From Raillietiella orientalis (Eukaryota): a stretch of DNA of 64,000 nucleotides. Shown one piece after another: positions 1 through 15,699 of this stretch. How positions within the stretch are numbered: position 1 is the stretch's first letter; each line of letters opens with the position of its first letter. The stretch lies in assembly GCA_036172245.1 (NCBI GenBank), contig JAYWIR010000033.1:868001-932000 (forward strand), read 5' to 3'. The translations under genes were made by a program, and so were the position numbers. The notes beneath the pieces were generated by a model. That model did not search any database and was not told the origin of the DNA. It saw only the letters and a program-made list of their open reading frames with translations.

Positions 1-1679
1 ACTCTGTTTTACTATTTCGTATCAGAAAATAATTGCAATATTTCTTCTGACTGGTAACGTTGCAAGAAGGTCATCATTGTGTACGGTACTAATGTTCCAT
101 GTGGGTCTCAAGTTTTCTTCTGCCGCTCATATAATTTCTCGAGTCTAGTTGCAATGTTTCACCCTTAATGCTATTCTTTAATACTGATCTATTCTAATTT
201 ACTCTGTGAATAGGCTTTTCAATAGAAATACTATATTGACTGATGTTCTCGATTTAAATTCCTTTCCAATTATATTCGACCTGATGGCGTTCATTTTCTT
301 CGATATTAATTTTCTTGCAGACTCCAGATTTGTTGGAAGAATAGAATGTTCATCCAATAAATGAATTTAAATTGGTTTGAAAATGAAAATCGGAAACAGT
401 TTTTGGGAAACAGTGAATAATACGATATGTAGATATGGAAATAAATGGATAAAGGCTAAAATTCCGAGCTCACTATAAAGCCCACATATATGGTGTAGAT
501 CACATTCACTTATATGCTGAGTGTTTGCTCAACATGGACGTCAGATTTATGACTGTAGAAAATCCCAATCATTCATATATAAATCACGAAAATACCATGC
601 TCCGAAAACAATTAAAGGATCTAGTGATGCAATTGTCTTCATCCTAAAATTTCGTGACGGGAGATTCCTTCAATTTAGGATAGAGGGAAAGTTGCTGTGC
701 AACGGTGGCGACATATCAAACTCATTCCAGCCTGCAAGCATGGAAATTAATCTCTAAGAAGTTATCAAAAATGCATCTCAAAAAGGTTTCCAAGGGAAAT
801 ATTACGAATATGTTCTGTGATCTGGAAACTCGGAACCTATTTTAGCGATTGAGACACGAGCAATACTTTGTTATAGTAATCTTAAAAGAATTAGGTGAAA
901 TTTATATATTAAATGAATCCATTTACCTTACTACAGAGGCATAATTTCTCTGTCTGTGTACTGTTAATTAATACTTAGCAAATCAGTCTCTTATGTAATG
1001 AATAATAATTTTGTTAATCAGTTCTATAAAATGTATTCTGTTTTCATTGAAGTTCTAATGGTACTAAATGTATGCAAAAATATACCGGATCTCATTCTAC
1101 GTATTCAACTTTGAAGTAACTTGGAATCAGAAATTTATCATATTGTTAAAATGCAATTTAATCCATCTTATATCTCGAGATCTTTGGCTTGCATATCTAA
1201 ATGTTAGAAAGTTGATTTCATCTGGATTTTTTTTACTCCTACAAATACTAAATCTAAATTCAAATGATAGTGCAAACAAATACATAAAGGATTGCAAAAA
1301 AAAAAAAAAACTTATCTTTGTTGGATATAAAGAAATTTTTCCTTCGAATCCTGGAATTATTTTCAATTATGATTATAAATGAAATTGTAATTTTTACATT
1401 TCTCTTCATAATTAAATGTGCCATCGTTTTCGAACGTACGATTAGCGATCTTAATAAAAAGCCTCATGATGCAAATTTCGTCCTTTCCTCTGAAACATAA
1501 AGGAGTCTTTGTTTCTAATTTCTGGAGATTCAAGCTGTGAAGGTTTACTTGAACATGATATGCAGTAATCGAAATGTTAGTGAAATACAAGTGTGAAGAA
1601 ACGACATCTTGTATTTGATACGTGTGCATGCACACATGGAGCTAGATCGGATGATGCACGATACCGATTCTGACCAAAA

Positions 1680-3853
1680 ATGAGAATAGACAATATTTTG
1701 TTCGTGATATATTTGTTTTATGCTTCAGAAACGATAAATTGCGAAATAGAGTTTATCGATGTGCTGAAGGTGATTGACATATCCAGTCAGTTAGCCAAAC
1801 TTTCCTTTGATGTAAAATTTGAAAATACTGGAAAGCAACCAGTGAAATGGCTGCATTTTTTTGGTGTTCCAAACGCTACGGCTGTGTCTTATATTGGAGC
1901 TCAGGTAGATAAAATACGAGAGTGAAGTCAGTATTTCATTTGCGTAGGTTTTGTGTTAGATATATTTCATTTTAAGAAATTATGTTTCATTAAATCTAGA
2001 CTAATTTTACAGTAGTAATTTTACACGTGGGTCAGTGTGTTGGGAATTTTATACTAAACATTACAGTACATAATTGCAGAGAAAATACTCTTAACGTTCT
2101 TCCTGCAAAACTTTCATAGGATGATCGGCAAAACGCTTTGAGTGTTGAAGAAGTTTTTCTTTCTGATCATGATAAAATCAAAGTCTGGAAAATTGAATTC
2201 ATTCAGGAAATTCAGCCCAAAGCAACCTCGGAGGTAACATATAATAACACCTTGCTAATGCTAAGATTTTATGTAGTTTCATGTGGATCTAGTGTATACT
2301 CATCTTATTGTTCCCTATCCAGCAAAAATCACACAGTCAGAGCATCAGTTAGTTCTGTATAAAGATTATCTGTTTACCTACTCACCTTATCCAATAAGGA
2401 AACATGTCACGAAAGCTATTCTGAGTTCCACTCACATTGAAAACTACACAAGGCTAAAGCCTGTTAGCATTGAAGACAAAGTTCTGAAGTATGGTCCTCA
2501 CACCAATCTTCCTCCATTTTCAAAGGTTCCTGTTTGTTTTGACATATGGTTAACCTTTTGATGTCTTTGCATGGTCTATTACAGATCGAGTTAATTGCTC
2601 ATTATGAAAATGATAACCCATTTTTAACTGTAACAAATCTGGAAAGAACTATCCAAGTTTCACACTGGGGTGTGGTTGCAGTGGAAGAAAAAATCGATAT
2701 TCTTCACACTGGAGCACTTCTTCAAGGTCCATTTTCTAGATATGAATTCCAACGTGGGAATGCTGGTGCATCAAGTGTTAAATTTTTCAAGGTAAGTTAG
2801 TTAATAAATAGAATTAATGGATGTTTCAAAAGACTTATTTGCCCCCTTGGGTTAGTGATATATATTATCATGATGAAATTGGGAATATTTCAACATCACA
2901 TGTAAGACACTTGGATGACACTGTAGAATTAATGTTGCGTCCACGTTTTCCACTTTTTGGTGGGTGGAAAACACACTACGTGATTGGTTACAACATTCCA
3001 ACTTATGAAGTGCTCTTTAGATCAGGTAATGGTAACACTGTTGGTTTCATTTTATCTCACATGTGATGCAGGCAGCACACACTGTTTACGGATGTCACTT
3101 GTGGATCATGTTTTTGATGACATGCAAATTGATAAATTGACAGTTCATGTAATTCTGCCTGAAGGCAGCAAAGATTTCTCTTGGAAGTTACCATATCCAG
3201 TTGAACTTTTACCACAGTCCGTTCATTATACCTATTTAGATACAGTTGGAAGACCTCGCTTTTCCTTCAGCAAAACCAATCTTGTAGAACAACATATACA
3301 GCCATTTCAATTATGTTATGACTTCCCTCAGTTTTATCTTCTCCAAGAACCAGGGCTACTTATATTGTTTTTATATTTATTGTTTTTGCTTGTCATTATT
3401 TATATAAGATTGGATTTTTCCCTGCATACAAGTGATGCTCATGATGTCCAGCAACGCAAACTAGGATATGTTAAAGCAGTTGTAAATGCAGCATATGCTT
3501 GTGAACAATTGAGAAATCAGTATGAAGATGCCATCAATAAATTTAAAAGTCTTAAAGACAATGCGCATTTTCAAAGCACAATTAAAAGATTAAATGCAGA
3601 GTATAAGCATGAAAATCAAAAACTGCAGGAGTCTTTAAATAAACTAAAAGGGACATCACCAGAGCTGGCTGAAAAAACAGCAGAAATTCAAAAATTGGAT
3701 GCAAATCTTAAAGAGATACTGGAACAACAAATAATTCTGGCTGAAAAGTTGGTTGCTGGGAAAGTCAAACAACACACAGAAAATGATGCACTTATGTCCA
3801 AAAAGAAGTCAGAGGCTCAAAACAAAATTCAAGTATTGTTATCAAAATTATAA
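1680..3853 (+). CDS. RPN1: Ribophorin I (oligosaccharyltransferase subunit 1), 6 exons, about 589 aa
   Basis: Exons 1680-1904, 2120-2233, 2277-2525, 2585-2791, 2833-3025, 3072-3853 join in frame through GT-AG introns. N-terminal signal peptide, motifs [51 protein letters not shown], and a TM segment after LLQEP. Confidence 0.96.
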
Positions 3854-4443
3854 TTGTTAATAAATAACATGATAAGATTAATTCATATTTGTATTTAATT
3901 TTTAACAATATGATCCATATATTGCAATTCTAATTAAGACATCCAAAAAACTCCAATGAATTCTTAGATTTCTGTGTATTCATCATTTACATGGAACAAC
4001 GTAACATTCACTGCCATTCTGCTTCACTAAAAAAAAACAAAAAAAACCACAAAAAACAAATTTTGTACGTTGTACACACAGCCTGAAAAGACATGCAGTA
4101 TGGCACTTATATATGCTAAAAGATTGCTTCAAAATGTACATACTGAAAAGAGCAGCAAATTAAATTGAGACATTTTCATAATTACATTAAATTCTCTTAT
4201 TATATAATAACATCACAGTAGTTGCAGCTAGTACTTTGTAGCTAGACCTTGCCTTTGCTCCAAATAGAATAAAAAACAGATAAAAAGAGAAAGAGAAGGC
4301 ACCAGAAACAAAACTAGATATGCACACTCTAAATAAAATGTGGAATAAGGAAATCGTTTCTAAAGATCAGAATTCTGATACTGTTCTAAATTTGTAACAG
4401 TGAAATTGACCTGAGCAAATAAATTAATCACTGAAACAAATAT

Positions 4444-7400
4444 TCAGCATGCAATCTGCTTTGTACACTTCCTCAATCTCTTAGTTTTTAAATCACTACT
4501 TGAATACACATTTGCTGTTTTGGTTTGTGCATGATAATCACCAATCATCAACTCTGATTCTTCACTTGAATGAACAGCAACACCTGCCTGAGAAGCAGCC
4601 ACAGAATAACTACATGGGTTCAGTTTATACTTGACAGAATTTTTTTTGCGGTGTTTGTAGACTGGCAACTCACCATTGCTGTTAGCAACACTCATTCGGG
4701 AAATTCTCTTACTGCTTTTGCTCGATGTTCTAGAATTCATTGAATAATTAACTGATTGGGGAAGAGAACTCGGAATTGTAGCATTCAATTTAATGCCATC
4801 ATCATGAGTTAGATATTGTGTGGAATAGAATGGTGCACTTTTAGAAACAACTTCCATACTGTCTGAATGGATTTCAGATGGTTGCAAAAGCATTTTCAGA
4901 ATGGAATCACTTTGACTATTTGCAGATACATCAGAAGAATGATCTAATTTTAAAGCAACAGTAAACTGCTGAGAAGTTTCTGCTTGCACAACTGGTGCTA
5001 TGGTAGCTTCATTACACAAGGAAATACGTTTCTTACTACAGGTCAGATTATGAGCAAAAAAGGAATTTGAGTCTGTGGCTATTGGATTAATCTGGGGACT
5101 AACAGAACCGCTGACATTTAAGGATGTGTTCAGTCTATCCTGACAAAAATCTAATTCGTCTAGTGGTGTAGCGATTCCCTGTTCCTTACAAATCTCTCTA
5201 ATCTCATCACAATCATATGTGGGGGCATCTGAATGTTCACGACTGGTGTTTACTAATCTATCAGGAACATTTTCGCGTAAAAGAAGAAGAACTGGAGTGG
5301 TAACAATCTCCCTTTGATTCAGATTAAACTTTGGTTGTTCAGAATCGACTTCCGAAAATCCGAAATCTTTACTATTACAACTAGTTAGTTTATCAGTTTT
5401 AGGAATGGAATTTTCTTGAAACATAATAGGAGCATTCAAATATGTCTGATTTCTGTCTTCATTTTCATCAATTAACGTTGATGAAATTGAATCATGGGAA
5501 GTTGATACAACTGCTTGCATGTTGGTGTCCTGATTTTTCGAGACTTCGCTATCCAAGTTTTCTGTAGATGTTAAATGCAGATTTGATGACATGTTGCTTT
5601 CAGGAACAGCTGCCACAGTTGGGGATAACTGATGTGCAGGACTGATAATCACAAAATGATCAAATGGATCTATAATTGAAAAAAATTACATGCACTGTAA
5701 AGAGACTGGGATTACCTTGTTGGAGTATAGATGCTGCTTCAGCATGTGTTGAAATCTCGTGTGATGACATAGTGGGTACATCTGCTTGGATATTCTCCTA
5801 CAAAGCATCAGATATAATATGTGATGGATTTATATTAAGTTATTACCAAATCACATTCATTTGTAGTTTTCAGTAAAACTGATGCAGAGGACTGTAAATT
5901 GGGTAACTTTTGAACAGGAATAATATTAGAAATCTTGAAAGCTGATCCTACATCACAATTAAGGGACATAAAACAGGATGACAGTCCTTTATTTCTATTA
6001 CTTGATTTCACCACAGAAGAATCTAGTTTCCCATTTGTAGTTAGAATTAGAGATTGAGGCATAATGTTTCCTGTCCCCTCTGCACTCTCATTACTTGTCT
6101 GGGTCACATGGCAAGTGCCATCTTGTGTCTTGATCAATGCAAACTTTTCATTAAATAAGTGAACCAAGCCTGGTGTTGTAACTATGTTCGACACATCTAA
6201 AAAATTAGTTTCTAAAGGTGGTTTACTCGACTGTTCTGAATCCACAAATTTTTCTTCATTCCTACGCACAGAAGCAACATTCATAACCTGATTATTTCCA
6301 ACTTTAAAAGTAGCAGTTTTTTTCTTGGGGGAGGATTTGAAGTTAGATTTCGGAGAAGTGACTGTATTTTTTCTTTGAGCAGGCTTCAACTGCTCTTCAA
6401 TAGGCAATTTCATCTGTTCTTTTTTATACTCTTCAAGAATTGCATGCACTTTCTGAATAGTTTCAGGATCATCTTGTATTTGATTTGGCTTTGGTGGAAG
6501 AGGTTTGGGAGATTTCATTTTTGAATTCAAGTTGTTTGAATTTCCCGCAGTCAACACTTTCTGGGTGACGGACTTCTCAACTGGAATGTTGGATGCTTTC
6601 TTCAAATCTGCAGAAATAACAGGAGTCACAAGAGGTGAAACTTGAGAGTTAGTGACAGAGGTAATGGTACTCATAGCAGCGGAAGTTGTCATGATAGTAC
6701 AACTGCTTGTTGCAGCAGTTGTTCTCGTTACATTTAGTAATGAATTGGTACTTGCAGAAGTTATGACTGAAACGCATGATGATTTTGGTGAGCAAGAAGC
6801 ATTGTTCGAAGTATTCACATTGTTTTTTTTGATAGGACTTCTTGTAGAATTAGCTTGGGAATGAGGCATAGCGACTAAATTAACCATGATTTTTTTGCCT
6901 CCGCTATTCAGGACTTCAGCAAAGGAGTGACCAAATATATTCACTTTGGGTCCTGTTGGGGAATAAATAATTTGGGCTGGGAAGCGCTGCACAAGTGAAT
7001 TTCCTGATAATTTTACATTTGCAATTGTAGTGACCGTTTGTGTGTTTTGTGGAACACCAACATTCAAAGTCAACAATGGATTTTCTATCAAGCCTTGTTT
7101 ATGCTGTTCTTCTAAAGCCTTTTTTGCTTCAGCCTGCTTATCAGATTTAACTTTATTGAGTACTGATTCGAATTCTCTAAGTTGATCTTGAAGAGAATTG
7201 CTATCTGGACACACTGAAGTTGGTGAATCTATGGGTAGCTGACCATTCCCTACTAATGGTTTCCAGTTTGATGGCTCACTGATTTTTGATTTCTTAATAA
7301 TAGGAGAACTGCTTGTCTTGGTCTTTAAGACTTCATTAGCAGGTTCGCTTTTTATAACATCTTTCGAAATCTTTGAATTCAAATACTCGAGTTCTTCTTG

Positions 7401-10400
7401 AATTTCAGTATCAGCTGCACAAGTTTTCTGCAAGTTCTTTCTGTTATTTGCGTAATCTATATCTTGGATGGCATTGGGAAAAGTATCCATTTTTTTCTCT
7501 TTTTCATAAGCGTTCAGTGATGGGGCATTAACAGACTGATGCTTTGATATGGCACTCTTTTCTAATTTAGCTCCTAATCCTTCTATCATACCATAGTCCG
7601 ATTCTGCATCATTAGAACAAATTGCCTTGGATGGCAAAATATTATTTTTTGGTGATGAATAAATTACATTACCTCCTTTCTGTTTTACTTGAAGTTGTCG
7701 CAAATTATTTGGAATAAAATACACTGCCTTGCTAGCAACTGATGATTTTGATTTATCTATTGTATCTGATGGGCAAATACTTTCACTGGTACTTTTAGTG
7801 GGAACACATGACTTTTCACAGCTAGTTTCTTTCGCACCAAACATTGTAAATTTTGATGCATTTGTTTTCGGTGGTATTTCATTTTCTTTGCAAGTATTCC
7901 AATCTTTAGAACTTTCCATGTATTTGACAGATGTCGTATTTTTTAAATTATTAAGATTTGAAGGATGTGGTGGATTCAGTACTGGTCTCTTTAATTTAAT
8001 TGATGTGTCCTTTGGCAACTGAAAACTATGCACATTGCCATTTTCAAACACAAGTTCTTTATGTGCATCTGCACTCGTTTCTTTTGAAGAATTTTGATCC
8101 ATGGCATGATTACTAATGTTCCCTGTTGTACAAAAGCAAGACAGCGAAAATGCTTGATCGAAACCTGGAAGAATTTCCGGCATTTGTTCTTCATTTTTAG
8201 AAGTATTTAGCAATGAAGGGGTGTAACCATTCTCAGTGTTATTAAAATAATAATCTGATTTTCCAGGTGAAAGCAGTTCTGTGGATACTGTGCTAAACTG
8301 CTTCTCTTGCAATTCAGACTGGCAAGTATCTTTCATGCAAATGCTAAAGAATGCTGGGGATGGCTTATCATTCACTTTCGGGAATTTTGACAAAGGATCT
8401 TGATCTGTAGATACAACAATTGGATCCGTTTTAATAACAGATTCAAACGATTTTTGAGCCACAGTTTCTTTTGTTTTGGACAGAGGGACAAAGGGGATGT
8501 TTTCACTATACTCTTCTGGATTTTGATCATCACTGAAAGGTTGTATTACATCACTAGATGAAGACAAAGATACATTAGAAGACATACTCATTTGATTTTC
8601 ATTATTTGTAACTAGATGTACCTTATGTTGATGCAGAACATTGTTCATTTGAAAATTGTTAGGTAAGTCTTGACTGCTACCAAGAAACTGGTAAGTTTCA
8701 CTGTTAGAGTGCAATTTATCAATCGGGTTATCTTTCTTCAAAGTAGCCAAAAACGTGGCTGCTTGAGGATCTGGACATGTTTCAGATTGAGATTGGGATG
8801 TGTTCTTTAGAGTAGTTTGAACGCTTTCGTTATGATCATCGTCGTCATCATCACCTTTGAAAACCCCTTTTATGGTTTTCTTTGCAAAAGCTGAGGGACT
8901 AAGAGCTGCTTTTTTTTTATGAGAATGCCAGTCATCAGTATCTGAATCTGATGAGCTACTTGACAAACGTTTCCGAGCCCTTCTTTTAGTTATTGTTTTA
9001 GCAATTAGATCAAACTCTTTTTCGGATTCTTCAGATGAATCAACAGATTGATTAGGGTTCCTACTGTCAGAGTTTGAAAAATTGCAGTTTTCTTCATCAG
9101 TGTTTTCCTTCTCTTGTACCAAATGTTTTATTTCATCATTTATGTTTCGCATAAATTCTTTATTATTTATATACTTATTGCATAACTGTTCTAATTCCTC
9201 CCAATTCTTAGTCCATGATAAAACTTGCCAGCGGGGGCCTCTGAGTACACTAGAAAGATCATCACACAATTCTTTTGGCAAGTCAACCTTATTAGCACCA
9301 ACAAACTGATTAGGAAGTTTCATAATATCATGACTAGATCGAGTTTGGCAGCTAGTTGTAAGGAAATTATTAGATTGAGAGGACCAAGTTTCTTGACTAA
9401 CACGTAACTGGTCAATGAGATCTTCACTAAGCTTAACAAATGCATCAAAAGAACTATTATATAAAGGTATACTTGAAAAGTTTTCACAGTTTATGTCACA
9501 TTCAGGAATTTTGTTCCTAATGAGTTTTTGAATAACACTTAACTTTGGAATTTTACATAAATTTGGAATTTCACATACACATTCATTCAAACAAGGCATT
9601 TTTACTCCTATTATATTTCTACACACGTTTAAGCATAATTCTCGCAATAAAGGAACATTTTTAAACATAGAAGACTCAAAAACATTTTCTACTGGTTGAG
9701 GATGTTGAAAACAGACAGGAGATTGATTATTATTTGCTGAGATTACTGCATGATTAAAAAAAACTCTTTGGCATTTGGAGTGTACTAAAGTCTTTAAAAT
9801 AGAAAGTCTCTCTAAAGTTGGTTCTAAGGAAAACGCAGTTAATACACATTCTTGACATAAACCAACATGATCAGCAACTAGATCTGCTAATTGCATAAAT
9901 CGTGCAGCAAGATTCACTTCACAGTCTGACACAGTTGCAATATTACCTTCCAATCGCACTGCTTCCAATCTGTTTATATCTAAGGTTAAGGCATGCACAA
10001 ATAATTGAATACATAATTGCTTGCAAGAAGATCCTAAATAATCATTCAAACAATTAATTAATTGATAAACATGCTGTGATGAGGCAGCATATTTAACAGC
10101 TAATCTGCGAATTAGTTGCATTTGTGTAGTCCAAGGAACATGACATTTAGTCTGAATATCACACCATGCCTGGAGGATCTCATGCTGGATTCTAGGATCA
10201 GACATCGTTATATGCCAATTTCCTGTTTCGGAATCATTTTGAATTTCAGATAAGGGGTACACTAATGAACGCACTAAAAAGTACTGACTTAACACTTCTG
10301 CAAGTCTCAAACTACTATGCCAAATTAAAGCTACATTTTGTTCCTCCTGCTTCACAGTAAGTTTTCTTATAATACTTAGACCTTCACTGACTGGTTTCTT

Positions 10401-13400
10401 CTTCATCTAACATTAGATAAACTTTTAAAATACGAAATTCATCATGTGTAAAATACTTACAAACGTAACAATGTCAGCCAATCGATGAAACTTCAAAAGA
10501 AGGAGCAAATATAAATGAAAAAAATATTCTTGAAGTTCTTCATTGCACATATTTTGAAATGAATTATTCTGTTCAGAAAATTTCAGTATATTGCAAACAC
10601 ATACTCGAACTACATTTAAAGCTAGATCTTCACAGTGTGATCTACAGAGCATATCTAATCGCAACTTCAGAAGTAAAGGAGTTTCTCGTTCACATAATTT
10701 TGATGCTATATGGAATTAAAATTCATAAATACTTGGTATAATTGCAAACAAACTCACCATCATCTTCCGATAACTGTTCACCATAAAGAATCTTGCGTAG
10801 CTCAAAAGATCCCCAAGGATCTGATACAAGTTCTGCCAATTTATGGCATTTTGATAAAGATGATGGATGTTGTTGCAAAACTTGAATACAACGCTGCAGT
10901 GTTACTCTTAGATGTGTTTTGATTACAGGATTAAGATGAGGCCAATCACCATTAAGAACCAAATACAAACTTTCCCTAGAAAACATGAAATAATATGTCT
11001 ATGCAAAAAATATATTGCATTTGGAAAGGACATGAAAATTGGATCAAATACGAAAATAATCTCATTCCCTTAATCAACAAAAATCATACTTATATAATGT
11101 TTTCGTGAGAAGCTCCACATCCCTGGAATCTCCTTGAATGGCTAGATCAGCAAATCTGCCCCAAGATGAAACCATGCTGCACACCTGCTTTTCATATGAG
11201 TTATCTCCATCTTGAAAAATGTATTTCAAGCTCTAAAAAAAATTTCATTCAAAATAAAATACTTATATTATTTGACAAATATAGTAGCATATCTCAATAT
11301 AACATTCACACAAAACAATTAATTGAAATTGTCAATATTTTAGGCCTTATTACTGGAGCATTGTTCATTAAATTCATCAAAAATTGCATACAGATGCTGT
11401 AGTGAAAGTATTGGTTTTATTTCGCTGTTTTCCTCATGCTTTAATTTTTTTTTTCTTCCCAAAAGGAAGCAGTTTTTTTTAAAACAAAACATCAAAACAT
11501 CAGTACAGAATTAGCGCATGATACAACAAGCAACACGATTACTCAAATAAAAGCACATTTTACATTTTTTTTTCTTTCCGTTCATGAATATTTGGTCATA
11601 GTATTGCATTATTCCCACCAAATTGATTTCTGTTGACAATGATAAGAACACAAGCACAACACTTTTATATTAAAATTCAATGAATACAAGATTTCTGACC
11701 AGACTGATTGCAATGACACTGATCACATGCCTGCACCCAAATTGGCAACTGAATTTCGTCAATTCATTAAAAATAAATTACCGTTAATCGTAGCAGTCAT
11801 TAATACAAAACATTATTAAGGATCATCTAGGTTACCCACTATTTCAGTTAGGGCAAAAATGAACACATATTTCAAGTTTTCTCAATTATTTGAATAAATT
11901 TATTGGAAAAATAAAAAAAGTAGGAAATACGAATGGTAATACAATTTCTGCCTGCTACTGTTATCATCGGAACAATTACCAAAACCATCTTCCTGTAAAA
12001 AATGAATGAAGAAATAGATTTTCACAAAAAGGTAATAAAAGTAAAACATGATTCCACTATCTACAAACAACTACGCAAAACAGTAACAGAAGCAAAACTT
12101 CTCAAGTCAAGGAAGCTATTTTTTTTTTGTCTGAAAGAAAAAAACACAACCAGATTCCAGAGGCTGTTAATACTTGCTTCTTGTATAAAATTCCATATGT
12201 ATGCTACTACTTTATAATTCTAAACAGAACACAAATTCAATGGACACTGAATGGTATTTCTGGACATGCTTGGGTAAAAGGTCAGGACTGACTTGACAAA
12301 ATCTGAAGAATGTTTCGCTTATTTTCTCTCTCATTTATGGCTCTAAACTACAACGCAAGCTCCTGTCAAAAATACTCAGTAAGTATACATCTGATATGGA
12401 TGTTAAGCCATTCTCCTATAAAGAGATTCATGAAAATCTTAATTCACATTAAATTACAAAAACCATTTCAAAAAAACTCTCTAGAATTGATTAAGCACAA
12501 CAGTGAGATACAAGTACCGAATTTTTGGAGGTAAAACCTCTGTTTCTAATTTTTGGTTCGCATATTTGACTTTAAATTCGACTTTCCCATCCACTAATTA
12601 AGGATGTGAGACAGAGGGCTAGATATTGAGGTTTTCTAAGTTGTTGTCCACACAAATATCATGTATATATAACCATCTTCTTACAAAAAACAAGCCAAAA
12701 AACTTTATATCCTGCTTTATATCTTTCAATCCTGAATTTCACTCCATGAATGATCACTGGCAATTTTCTTAGAATTGAGATCACTCTTCCCTTAAAAGTC
12801 CTAGGTTCATTATGAGCCTATCAGGGAATTTTTTTAATTTAATATTGAAAGTAACTTCGAAAAATCATCATCTAATTAATTCGGCCTAAATTTTTAAAAA
12901 GAAATACCTCATTGTAGTTGTATTTATTTTTTAAACAGTTATGCTTATATTCATTCACAGGATTTAATGAAAGATATTAAAACATTTTAAAGATGCACAA
13001 ATACCCATATTTGTTCTTGCTTTTGAGAAAAATAAAATTCAAGAATGTTCAATGCAAAAAAATTGTAGACGAGAATCCTTAACTAGTTTTATCAAAAACA
13101 CCCTAATCTGCTTAAGCCCAAATGAAAACAAACTGTAACCAGTAGTTGGTCCACACTATTAAAGGTACATGTAACAGTTAAAAAAACACATCATTGGTAT
13201 TTATTAATTTACAGCTTTGACTTCATTACAACTGATATACATAAAGTTCATAACTTCATGCATAATTGGTTGACATTAAAGTGCTCTTAATTACAATGAT
13301 ATGCCATAAAAATTTTTAACCACATCATATAACAGTGCCATGACTTCAAATATAAATTAATATTCAGCTTATACTTGTGAGTGTTGTTACATTTATTCTG

Positions 13401-14977
13401 CAATACAGTTGATCATAAATTATTTTCATTTATTTTTACTGCAAAAACATCCAGAACATTTTGAACCACCATACACTTTTCCATAAGAATTCCAGAAGTG
13501 TATCAGACACATATTTAGCCTTCCACGAATTAGAAAATGCAATACAGAGATACATATGAAGTCCATGTTATTATGCTTGAGATGCATATTTCATATGACA
13601 AATTGACAAAGGTTTCATGCTATTAACTATGCATATACCAGTATAAAAAACGTATTTCTTTTTTAAAGTTTTTCTGGAAGGCTTGGGAAAAGTTTCACTA
13701 TTTGATAGATATATTGAACAGTTTTTTGGAGATATCTTATTTTGAAAATGATACAAAGAATTTTTTTTTTTTAATGTTGTCATATCACTTCATGCTTTTC
13801 ATAAGAATTTTGGCATGTGTACCTCCAAGTACTTTATTTTAAATGCTCACATGAAAATACATTGAATTTATTTTTATAGGTATACCAATAATACTTTTCT
13901 TTAATATAATCAATTCCAAGATCACATTACACGAATACGCAGATATAAACGGATCATTTTACACATACAACACAAAGCATTAATTCAATGCAACCGGAAA
14001 CAATTTCAAAAAATTGAAAGGAAGTAAAAACCACAGCAAAGTATGCGCTTTTATGATTAATCCGATTGCTATTCATTTTTTTAACCAGGCTTAAGCAGTC
14101 ACTTTTCAAGAATGTCAAACATTTCAAGAACTGAATACATGTTGCTTAGCTCACTTAACTATCTCTTTGTCTTAAAGCAAATATTGCTGATGTGAACAGA
14201 AAATGCTTTTTGTGATTTTTTTATAAGCCAATTAGGTTAACAAGTTCCAGATGAAATAGATGGCATGAGCACTTTCCCAATCAGCAGCAAACAATTTTCA
14301 AAATACATGTACGTATCAAACAAAAAAGAACGCCAAATTTTTCATTTGACACAGCAAATAACAAAAAAGATATCTTGAACCTTATAGTATCATTTATCTT
14401 ACAAGTCTGATTCTGTAATTGGCATTCTTTTTTTGAGTTTCTAAAATTAGCGCTGTTTACAATTCTTTGTATGTATAACATGGAAACTCTTGAATTTGCA
14501 TGGCTATAGATCAATATCAAAGAACTGAATTCACTTCCTTAAATTATTTGAAAGCTGTTACAGGCAAAACATAAATTTACCAAAACAAGTGTACATGGCA
14601 TGCAAGAATACATCGTCTTGGCTTTCACAACAAACCATGATAAACTATTCTTTTCAGCTCAGCAATAGAAGGCATTTCGCAAAATGGCTTTCAATTGAGA
14701 AAAAAACATAATTTACTGCTACATGGTTATCTTCGTAGAGGATATGTGGCAATTAAACGTAACTAGATATAGATAATGCACTTATCACTGCAAAGTCCAT
14801 TTATCAACACTTCGACTCAGTAGAGTCGCCTAAATCTTTTGAACATTGTAATGAGTTTCTCACAACGAGTTTTCAATTTATTACAGAAGAAATAAACGCA
14901 ACACAACAATTTATAAGAATTACCTGATGTAATTCACTGAAGTACTTCCCCTTAAATCCTTCATTATTCTTATCCAT
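4444..14977 (-). CDS. Large RLF/ZNF292/ZNF654-family protein (N-terminal helical domain plus long low-complexity region)
   Basis: Proposed first coding exon 14977-14924 (MDKNNEGFKGKYFSELHQ|gtaatt), then exons near 11232-11095, 10977-10760, 10705-10460, the 1523-aa ORF 10406-5835, a small exon near 5797-5716, and the last exon ending at 4444. Segments DPWGSFELRKIL, CVLTAFSLEPTLERL and DDLSSVLRGPRW..WEELEQLC resemble the conserved N-terminal region of ZNF654/ZNF292/RLF as I recall it. Confidence 0.72.
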
Positions 14978-15699
14978 CCTTTTAAACAATCAACTAGCCA
15001 CGAAAAGCATAGCTCATTTGTAATCACGGATTATAACTATAAATCTCACATGGCAATATCAGGATTCCTTTATTAAAAATACATATACAACCCCATCTTG
15101 ATAATCTTTTAAGACGCTAACTTAATAGCGAACTTAAAAAGGCTGAAATTACGTGACTTTTACGACTGGAACAATGAAAACATAATTTAAAGTTCTGCAT
15201 TCCTTTTTTTAATTCGATTCATTAGCTCAAACAATTACGATGACGTACAAATGAATTTTACCGTGGATGTCTACTGTTAGACAACTTATTTATCACTTTT
15301 TATAAATGTTTTGCATGCATTGCCATTTCAAAAGGCGAAATTTTGGATTAAATTGAATACTGACAAAACAAACCAGCGTTTAAATTCAGATAACGAAATT
15401 CAGATAGTGGGAAAAACTTTTGAGCAATTTACAAATATTGAGTTGATTTACCGTAAAAGAAAACAACAATGAAAATTCAAACTAATTTGACAAATAATAT
15501 CAAATTAAAGGAATGCTAATCTTTTAGTCTCTCTTACATTATTTTCGCAGAGGCAAATGCTAACTAACCGTAGATGCTAATGTATTTACTCTAAATAAAA
15601 TTGGTATGAAAATGTGAAGACACATTTACAACAAAGGAATGTAATTAAGTATGGATGTGTATATAGTAGATAGGTGACTGTTATGACCAAACGTTCATT

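Noticed and set aside
1..1640. Short ORFs and possible transposon debris upstream of RPN1
   Set aside because: No recognisable motif and composition typical of chance AT-rich ORFs; I could not assign a family.
6652..9407. Plus-strand ORFs inside the large minus-strand gene
   Set aside because: Antisense shadows of the 1523-aa ORF.
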